Source of the DNA: Calditrichaceae bacterium
GTDB lineage: Bacteria; Calditrichota; Calditrichia; Calditrichales; JBFXGD01
Assembly: GCA_050178385.1 (NCBI GenBank)
Contig: JBFXGD010000093.1
Coordinates: 1-13,427, forward strand
Direction: 5' to 3'
DNA length: 13,427 bases
The position numbers were made by a program, and so were the translations under genes. The notes under the pieces are model-generated. The model was not told the origin of the DNA and made no database searches. It was given only the letters and a program-made list of their open reading frames with translations. Every line of letters starts with the position of its first letter. Position 1 is the first letter of the stretch. Positions 1 to 6,342 of this stretch are shown here, piece after piece.

Positions 1-4
1 TGAT

Positions 5-727
5 ATGCCCGGCGCGTTAACCATCGCCAAAAAAGATCGGGCGCGGTTTAAAACATCCGGTTTACGGAAGATACTCCGTCTGTTTGCGGCGACAGTGATA
101 AAGCCCCCGCTTTCCATCTATCTGCGGTCTCCTCATTCTTACCATTATAAAGATATTCATTTGCGAATCGCCCCCGGCGTTTTTCACCCCGGCTTCTTTT
201 TCAGCACACGTTTTTTGATAAACTATCTGGAAAATATCGAGCTTAAAAACAAGACACTGCTGGAGCCTGGAGCGGGCAGCGGTCTCATATCCATATTTGC
301 CGCGAATAGGGGCGCGAAGGTAACGGCGACGGATATCAGCCAGACCGCCGTCAATAATTTAAAGGAAAACGCCGTCAAAAATCGTGTAAATATAAATATC
401 CTGCGATCGGATCTTTTTGAGCAAATACCGGAAGAACAATACGACATCATTGTGATTAACCCGCCCTACTATCCGGGCATTCCCAAAAATGAAGCCGCTT
501 ACGCCTGGTATTGCGGGGAAGATTTTGAGTACTTTCAGAAATTGTTCGCGGGAATCAAACCGTATATTCACCCAGATTCAGTGGTGCTGATGAGTTTGAG
601 CGATGATGTGGAAATCGGCAAGATCGCCTCCATCGCCGCCGGAAATGGATACCGGCTGACGCTTGCTGCTGAAAAAAGGGTTTGGTGGGAGAGGCAGTTT
701 GTTTTTATGATTTCTGAGATGGGTTAA
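5..727 (+). CDS. Class I SAM-dependent methyltransferase, HemK/PrmC-like (MTS family); true start may lie upstream of the window
   Basis: Motif I LEPGAGSG, acidic TDIS after strand 2, SDLF, motif IV INPPYY, and an N-terminal PGVFHP typical of HemK-related enzymes. The frame is open from base 2, so the start is uncertain. Confidence 0.85.
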   Translation: MPGALTIAKKDRARFKTSGLRKILRLFAATVIKPPLSIYLRSPHSYHYKDIHLRIAPGVFHPGFFFSTRFLINYLENIELKNKTLLEPGAGSGLISIFAANRGAKVTATDISQTAVNNLKENAVKNRVNINILRSDLFEQIPEEQYDIIVINPPYYPGIPKNEAAYAWYCGEDFEYFQKLFAGIKPYIHPDSVVLMSLSDDVEIGKIASIAAGNGYRLTLAAEKRVWWERQFVFMISEMG

Positions 728-746
728 ATTTAAGCGTGAAAAATTA

Positions 747-1112
747 TCTGAACTCTGACCTGTCCGCCTTTGGCGGGTTCGCATGATTAAATGAATACTC
801 TGATTTCCAATTTTTTAATCATGCTCATCATTTAATCAATTTAATCCAAGTTAGACCATTCTTATTCTTTTGTCTTTTTTCTTTTATCTTTTATCTTTTT
901 TCTTAAAATTCCTACTTCTTACTTCCTACTTCTTACTTATTCTTTTCTCCCTACTTTTTGAATGGCCAAAAAGTAGCAAAAAGCCCTGGCGAATTTTAAC
1001 TCGTGATAATTATTGCTGTTTTTCGCATTCATCCACTCGAACAGAAAATTCGCCCAGAAGAATCTTTTTTTCTACATCCTTCCAAGGTAGCCAAAGATGC
1101 CTGCGGCATGAC
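747..1112. repeat. Composite repeat, copy 1 (imperfect ~95-bp inverted-repeat module + heptamer tracts + structured module + ...GCGGCATGAC hairpin)
   Basis: Near-identical to 1221-1558 from TCTGAACTCTGA to AAAATTCGCCCAGAAGA, then more diverged up to TGCGGCATGAC. Carries a 19-nt extra segment at 759-777. Confidence 0.95.
947..1055 (-). ncRNA. Putative structured RNA/ssDNA element, copy 1 of 3
   Basis: Perfect stems CTACTTTTTG/CAAAAAGTAG (951-976) and GGCGAATTTT/AAAATTCGCC (988-997/1045-1054). Flanking blocks are invariant across the three copies. Strand is inferred from tandem G-A pairs that exist only on minus. Confidence 0.5.
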
Positions 1113-1156
1113 ATACGGGTAGATTATCCCGGTTCACCGCGGTTGACTATGACATC

Positions 1157-1182
1157 GCGTGCCCAGATTGGGACGCCTCTAC
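1157..1182 (-). repeat. GTAG-family REP (degenerate)
   Basis: Minus strand reads GTAGAG-GCGTCCCA-ATC-TGGGCACGC: GTAG tetranucleotide followed by a GC-rich hairpin. Confidence 0.65.
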
Positions 1183-1220
1183 TCTTAACTCTTAACGCTC
1201 ATAAATTCTTACTTCCTTTG

Positions 1221-1558
1221 TCTGAACTCTGATTCGCATGATTAAATGAATACTCTGATTTCTATTTTTTAATCATTCTCATCATTTAATCAATTTAATC
1301 CAAGTTAGACCATTCTTATTCTTTTGTCTTTTTTCTTTTATCTTTTATCTTTTATCTTAAAATTCCTACTTCCTACTTCCTACTTCTCACTTTCTTCTCC
1401 CTACTTTTTGAATGGCCAAAAAGTAGCAAAAAGCCCTGGCGAATTTTAACTCGTGATAATTATTGTGTTTTTCGCATTCATCCACTCGAACAGAAAATTC
1501 GCCCAGAAGACTCCATTTTCTCAATTTTTCCGAGATGGACAATAGCTTGCGGCATGAC
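1221..1558. repeat. Composite repeat, copy 2
   Basis: Direct repeat of 747-1112, lacking the 19-nt insert. Confidence 0.95.
1397..1504 (-). ncRNA. Putative structured element, copy 2 of 3
   Basis: Same stems as copy 1 (1401-1426; 1438-1447/1494-1503), with a 1-nt shorter variable loop. Confidence 0.5.
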
Positions 1559-1570
1559 TTGTGTTTCCCA

Positions 1571-1684
1571 GGATCGGGCCTGAAGTACAGGATCAGCAAA
1601 AACGAAAAATTGAATATCCGGATTGAACTGGGTATAACGGAAGAGGGCAGCGGTCTTTACATTACCATAGGCGAAGCGTTTTAG
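1571..1684 (+). pseudogene. C-terminal remnant of an Omp85/BamA-TamA family outer-membrane beta-barrel protein
   Basis: GSGLKYRISKNEKLNIRIELGITEEGSGLYITIGEAF*: alternating beta-strand pattern, GxGL(R/K)Y and a terminal GEAF typical of this family. The upstream part of the 73-aa ORF is just translated repeat DNA. Confidence 0.7.
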
Positions 1685-1914
1685 GACTCAATATGCCGAC
1701 ACAGCGAATTTACAGATAAATAATTACTTAAAACATATCCCAGATGCAATTAGATAGCTTTCGTTTAAATTGACCACCTTATGAAATAGATTTGAGCTTC
1801 ACATTACAGTAATATTTGCAGGCTAATATTTCACTTGTTCGATTGCTTATAAGCCAGTGCACTAGTAAACATGGAAAAATTTCTTTGTTTTTGAGAAATT
1901 ATCCTAAATAAGCA

Positions 1915-2697
1915 TTATAAATTTTGGAACCTTGAAAAATAATCGTCTATTTCAGTTCGCAACTCTATGCCAACTTTTTCAAAACAATCCAACAAATCGT
2001 TATAGGTTCCAGCACCCCCAAGAAAATCCCAAAATTCCTCTGCCACTTTCAATTCGTACTCAAGGTCAAGCATGCCTGCCATTGTCCACCGACTGTAAGG
2101 TTTTGGTGAATACGGATTGTATGGAATTGCGATTAGAGTATTGATTTTAGCAACAGGATTTTTTGCAAGAACGCAGGCAACCCATTCTAGTAAAGTTCTT
2201 TTAAATTCTTTAAACCCACCTTTGTTGGGTTTCGCTGTTTTTATATCAAAAAGAAAAATTGAATCGTTATGGTCTACTAGAAAAACATCTACTTTTGTAG
2301 GCTTTACTTTTCTCATTTCACCAGATTGGCATACTTGGCGAATTATTTCTATTTCATCTTTTTTATTTGGTTTTTTGTTTACCGCTGTTAAATCATCCAT
2401 AATACGCTGAATTTCATATTGCGCTCGTTCACTTAAAAATGTGCCTGCTACCTTTTGGGTTTCGGCTAATTTAAATCTTGACTTTGCCAAAGTAATTGCC
2501 ACAGGCTCAAAAATAGTTGTTCCAAAATTAGTATTTATAGAGTGTATAAATGAATACAATGCTAATCTATCCTCACCTAATAATCGTGTGTGAAAAGGCA
2601 TTGCTGAAGGCTCTGGATTGTAGTTTTGAAATTTATTCCTTAAACTATTCTTTAAAGAATCTTCAACCTGTGTTTTTTGCGTTTGAGTCAATGCCAT
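1915..2697 (-). CDS. Type II restriction endonuclease, TdeIII/MjaII family (family recognises GGNCC)
   Basis: MPFHTRLLG...SFIHSINTNFGTTIFEPVA N-terminus, PD-(D/E)xK core VD...FDIKTAKPN, and IAIPYNPY. ATG at 2697 preceded by AAGGA is preferred over the TTG at 2721. Lies directly downstream of the methyltransferase. Confidence 0.88.
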   Translation of the reverse strand: MALTQTQKTQVEDSLKNSLRNKFQNYNPEPSAMPFHTRLLGEDRLALYSFIHSINTNFGTTIFEPVAITLAKSRFKLAETQKVAGTFLSERAQYEIQRIMDDLTAVNKKPNKKDEIEIIRQVCQSGEMRKVKPTKVDVFLVDHNDSIFLFDIKTAKPNKGGFKEFKRTLLEWVACVLAKNPVAKINTLIAIPYNPYSPKPYSRWTMAGMLDLEYELKVAEEFWDFLGGAGTYNDLLDCFEKVGIELRTEIDDYFSRFQNL

Positions 2698-2717
2698 TAT
2701 GCAGATTTCCTTAAGTG

Positions 2718-4295
2718 TCAAATTTCTTTAAGATGAAATATAATTTCAGAATAGGCCGTTCTATCTTTTTCTACTCTGTTTAATACAGGTCTTTTAAATT
2801 TATTAACAATTTTCATCCCTGCAAACTTTGCAATTGTTGGATATAGATTATATTTATCATTCGCAACGAGAAAGACATCATAATCATTTTTTAAATATTT
2901 TTTGCAGTTGTTAAGAACGTTCGCAATTCCTTTAACATAACTTTCTCTTGCCTCTCTTCCTTGGCCTTGGAACAATGGCCCAATTTCGAGTTCATCACGT
3001 CTTTTGAAATTAAATAAATCATATGAGTAAGCATGCTGCTCGTGATAATCGATTAAACCCACATATGGGGGAGATGAAAAAATACCTTTAATTTTGTGTT
3101 CATTTAGTACAGATGAAAAGTTAGAATCATATTTATTTATTTCGCTAAATATATCGATATTTCGACTATCACCTGTGAGGCATCTTTGGTAGGTATTCGT
3201 TCTTAATTTTTTAAAATCATTAAGTCTTTTTACTGTATCATTTCCATATCGAATCCACCAACTTAAAATTGAAAACAATGGTTTGCAGACTTTACCGTGT
3301 TTCTTGCAATAATAAGTAGTTGTAACAGGTTCAAAAAGTGTTGCTAAGTCAGAATGAGTCGTGGCTCTGCAAGAACGCATTGTACGGCTTAAAATTATTG
3401 TTAATATTTTCTTTATTTTTAAATCGTCGATTATTTTAATTTGCTCAAAAACAAAATCGATTTCATCCCTAACAACTTTTAAATACCATTTATCTAAAAA
3501 AGAATCCTTTACTTTTTGCAGTAACTCAATTTGATACTCATATATAAGTTTTTCGTAGATTGGTAAAAATTGTTTTTCTTTTTCCTTTCCATATACTTTT
3601 TCATCTACTTCATTTTGATTGACTTTATACTTAAACTCAGGAGATGGAAAATATTTTTCATTAAACTTTCTTAATTCTGATAAGAGTCTTTCTTCAAATG
3701 CTATATTATTTTTATCCTGTAGGTATTTCTTTAATTTTTTAGTAATAGCATTTAAATGAATTTGAAGTTTAGATAAATCATAGTCACAGATTTTTACGTT
3801 ACTAATTAAGGAATTAAATTCAGATATATCAATTCCAATTGCATGTAAACCGAGTTCATTAGCCTGAACCAACGTAGTTCCACTTCCGCAAAAAGGATCT
3901 AAGACAACATCGCCAGGTTGAATAAAAACTCCCGTTTTAAAATTATCAATATGCTTGTCTAAAAAATATTCTACAAGTTGAGGAATAAACTTGCCTTTGT
4001 AAGGATGCAAACGATGAACGTGTTTTGTAGTTTCTTTTTCTTTATATTCAGAGAATGATAAAGTCCAATTCAAGTCATTCCCTAATTTCTCTTTCCATTT
4101 TGCTTCTTTAGTAATGTTATTCAAGCCATAATACTGTTCTAGGTCATTTCTGTCTACAAGCAAGTTGCCGTTTTCACCTATTTTAGGTATTCGTCCATAT
4201 TGAATTAAATATGAAATGTTTGATGGACTAACATCTTTGTTTAAATATTTTGATGCCCATTCACTTGCCTGCTTTATTGTCAACAATTCTGACAT
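2718..4295 (-). CDS. Site-specific amino-DNA methyltransferase (likely N4-cytosine, alpha motif order, M.MjaII-like) with N-terminal HTH domain
   Basis: HRLHPYKGKF (motif X), DPFCGSGTT (motif I) before SSPPY (motif IV), with a long TRD between. The N-terminal LLTIKQASEW...NISYLIQYGRI resembles an excisionase/MerR-type HTH. Confidence 0.9.
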   Translation of the reverse strand: MSELLTIKQASEWASKYLNKDVSPSNISYLIQYGRIPKIGENGNLLVDRNDLEQYYGLNNITKEAKWKEKLGNDLNWTLSFSEYKEKETTKHVHRLHPYKGKFIPQLVEYFLDKHIDNFKTGVFIQPGDVVLDPFCGSGTTLVQANELGLHAIGIDISEFNSLISNVKICDYDLSKLQIHLNAITKKLKKYLQDKNNIAFEERLLSELRKFNEKYFPSPEFKYKVNQNEVDEKVYGKEKEKQFLPIYEKLIYEYQIELLQKVKDSFLDKWYLKVVRDEIDFVFEQIKIIDDLKIKKILTIILSRTMRSCRATTHSDLATLFEPVTTTYYCKKHGKVCKPLFSILSWWIRYGNDTVKRLNDFKKLRTNTYQRCLTGDSRNIDIFSEINKYDSNFSSVLNEHKIKGIFSSPPYVGLIDYHEQHAYSYDLFNFKRRDELEIGPLFQGQGREARESYVKGIANVLNNCKKYLKNDYDVFLVANDKYNLYPTIAKFAGMKIVNKFKRPVLNRVEKDRTAYSEIIFHLKEI

Positions 4296-4649
4296 TCACT
4301 TAATCTCACATTAAAAATATTATCATTACTAGAATATAATTGTTACAATCAAATTTTAACATTGCAATTTAGCATCCAATAGCCAAATTATCAACAAAGT
4401 GCAATTTTTTGCTCATTAGAAATTTTATTAGTCAGCTTGAATCGGCTGTTAAATTTATAAAAGCACTAAAGATCAATGATGAATATTTATGACTTTTAAT
4501 TAACAAATGAAATATTATTAAAACAAGTAATATTATTAAATTTCAAAATGCCTTATTAAAAACACGAATTCTACTCTCATCATAGTAGCTTCAACCAACC
4601 ATTTCCTAATCAATAGTATCTCCCCTTTTACCATTTGCCACATAAAAAA

Positions 4650-4675
4650 GAGCGACCCACTAGGAACTCCCCTAC
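4650..4675 (-). repeat. GTAG-family REP (decayed)
   Basis: Minus strand GTAGGGGAGTTCCTAGTGGGTCGCTC: GTAG plus a mismatched hairpin. Adjacent to a CCTACTT-like tract (4688-4714). Confidence 0.5.
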
Positions 4676-4782
4676 TCTGAAAATTTTCACTTCTTACTTC
4701 CTACTTATTACTTCCCCTCATGATTTCACCACAATCACCAGTTTGCTCGTATAAGTTTGATAAACTCCGGGCTTATCCCTTT

Positions 4783-5085
4783 TCCCTGCGAGATTAACAT
4801 TTATAGAATAACAGACACAATATTATTCTGCGACCCTGATGAGGTCGGAATAATACTGCCGTATTCCCTTTCTACAAAGATGTGACACCTACAGTGTCTG
4901 GTTTTTTATCATATGGCAATATTCATCATTAATTGATGGTTTTCAATGCGCATGTCAATCTTAATCCCGAAGGGATGAAATTTTTGTAGAAAATCAAACC
5001 CCGTACCATCCCGCGACCCCGTCGGGGTCGTACAATTACCGCAGGATTCCCTGTTTTACAAAAATGCGACACATCCGGCGTCGGG
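4783..5085. repeat. Two tandem cloverleaf REPIN/MITE-like units (~4783-4901 and ~4963-5085)
   Basis: Shared layout: small hairpin (ATCCC-GAA-GGGAT in unit 2), outer stem ATTTTTGTAGAA/TTTTACAAAAAT, central hairpin CGACCCC-GTC-GGGGTCG (CGACC-CTGATGA-GGTCG in unit 1), terminal hairpin GACAC-N5-G(T/C)GTC. Confidence 0.75.
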
Positions 5086-5104
5086 TGGTCAGATTAAATG
5101 GAAT

Positions 5105-5325
5105 TCACTTCCTTTTAGATTTAAAGGCTTCCCCGGTAAGTTTTTAGTAGTTCTTCTAAGAGAGGCAGACCTTCCCGGAAAGAATATGGGGCTCCCCGGT
5201 GAACCGGTCCCCTTCCCGCAAGCCCTGATGCCTTCCCCGGAGGTGAGGTGGCCCTTTCTTCTTGAAAAGTAACGCTCCCCGGAAGAGTGTGACCTTCCCC
5301 GGAGCGGAGGCGCCCGCCCCGGTGC
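5105..5325. repeat. Degenerate phased array A, ~11 units of about 20-21 bp, core C(T/C)TCCCCGG
   Basis: Core positions about 5109, 5129, 5151, 5172, 5192, 5213, 5233, 5255, 5275, 5295, 5315, with variable sequence between cores. Confidence 0.8.
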
Positions 5326-5339
5326 GGTCTGACGCTATA

Positions 5340-5518
5340 TTATTGTTCATTCATGCCATCTGTTTCTTGTATATTTTTGTTGTCCGGTTTGGGGTTCTTT
5401 TGACGATGATATTTGCTGGTATAGCCTTTTAGTCTTGCTGATTTCGCCAGAATACATACTGTTCGCACTCGCGTACCGCGTCCACCGCGTTTTTTAAATA
5501 GGTGTAGATTTTGTCCAT
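5340..5518 (-). pseudogene. Frameshifted C-terminal remnant of an uncharacterised helical protein
   Basis: Frame 1 (5518-5429) reads MDKIYTYLKNAVDAVRECEQYVFWRNQQD*. A shift near 5440 continues as ARLKGYTSKYHRQKNPKPDNKNIQETDGMNEQ* (stop at 5340). The joined sequence is protein-like and resembles, from memory only, the C-terminus of a hypothetical FCB-group family. Confidence 0.6.
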
Positions 5519-5619
5519 CCCAGATGACCGGCCGTTGGTTAGCCTGATGGAATATGATTTGGGATTCTATGATTTTTAACTTTGTTTTATTATATCGTAA
5601 ATTTTTAACCTGAAAATTT

Positions 5620-5940
5620 TGTGGCCCGTTAATCATTTACCTTTCCCGTTAATTTTTTACCCTTCCCCTAATTAAATGACCCCTTCCCGTTAATTATTTA
5701 CCCTTCCCGTAACTAAATGACCCTTTCCCGTCAAGTTTTACCCCTTCCCGTTACTTTTTGACCCGCCCCCCCGGTTATTTAGGCTTCCCTCCACAAATTT
5801 GGACCTTCCCTCCTGTGCTTTTGCTTTCCCTCCGGGTTTTCAGGCCTTCCCTCCGCAGTTTCACCCTTCCCTCCGCGATTTCTGCCTTTCCCTCCGGACT
5901 TTGACCCTTCCCTCCACGATTTGAGGCTTCCATCCGGAAT
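5620..5940. repeat. Phased array B, ~16 units with mostly alternating 20/21-bp spacing, core CCTTCCC
   Basis: TTCCC-type anchors at 5623, 5643, 5663, 5684, 5704, 5725, 5745, 5765, 5785, 5806, 5826, 5847, 5867, 5888, 5908, 5928. First half TTCCCGT, second half TTCCCTCC. Confidence 0.92.
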
Positions 5941-6144
5941 TATTCTAATCATTCACAACAGGGAACTCAGATAAAACAAATTTGAATAATTATGCCCTCT
6001 AATCTTCTAATTTTTTTTAAAGGGGATGCTATATTTTGTTTAGGAGAACCTTTAGGTCTGTTTTGCAAAGCCCCTTTGACAGGAGGAGACGACTTATTCT
6101 TACTCTTTTTTCTTTTATCTTTTATCTTTTTTTTTAAAATTCCC

Positions 6145-6168
6145 GGACAAGGCATGCCTTGTCCCTAC
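6145..6168 (-). repeat. GTAG-family REP, perfect palindrome
   Basis: Minus strand GTAG-GGACAAGGCATGCCTTGTCC (20-bp perfect palindrome at 6145-6164). Confidence 0.85.
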
Positions 6169-6189
6169 ATCCTACTTCCTACTTATTTT

Positions 6190-6340
6190 TCCAGGCAAGC
6201 AGAAGATCCCTCCGGGATGACGTGTCCGGTGCGTAGTGCTTTGTTAAGGGGGAAACAGCTTATTCTTCTCTTTTTTCTTTTATCTTTTATCTTTTTTCTT
6301 CCAATTCCTACTTCCTACTTCCTACTTCTTACTTATTCTT
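6190..6340. repeat. ~150-bp direct repeat, copy X (ATCCC-TCC-GGGATGAC hairpin + CTTTTAT and CCTACTT heptamer tracts)
   Basis: Near-identical to 6493-6644. Confidence 0.95.
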
Positions 6341-6342
6341 CT

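Noticed and set aside
1056..1558. CRISPR-like or DGR-like interpretation of the variable segments after GAAGA(A/C)TC
   Set aside because: The segments at 1065-1101 and 1514-1547 are diverged homologues, not unique spacers. The changes are not adenine-specific, and no cas or reverse transcriptase gene is present.
870..1684. ORFs 870-1232, 1387-1599 and the 5' half of 1463-1684
   Set aside because: They are translations of heptamer and structured repeats (low-complexity F/L/S runs, same peptide in each copy). Only 1571-1684 looks like real coding remnant.
2698..2721. TTG start at 2721 for the endonuclease
   Set aside because: ATG at 2697 has an AAGGA RBS and gives a more typical N-terminus.
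4718..4800. Possible third 3' gene remnant on minus (..GKRDKPGVYQTYTSKLVIVVKS*), reminiscent of a C-terminal sorting-domain ending
   Set aside because: Too short, and it overlaps the cloverleaf repeat. Cannot be distinguished from chance without a database search.
4831..4900. Hammerhead ribozyme (CTGATGA at 4836-4842)
   Set aside because: There is no stem II closed by GAAA downstream. The heptamer is a mutated version of the CGACCCC-GTC-GGGGTCG hairpin seen in the neighbouring unit.
5156..5636. ORFs 5156-5350 and full-length 5340-5636 as real genes
   Set aside because: The first is a translation of array A. In the second only the last ~33 codons appear genuine, and the better upstream coding signal is in another frame (5429-5518).
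5105..5940. CRISPR array, TIGR array or heptad protein repeat
   Set aside because: The conserved core is only ~7-9 nt, the period is 20/21 (not a multiple of 3, and shorter than CRISPR or 36-nt TIGR units), there are no box C/D motifs, and no Cas or Nop-domain gene is nearby.
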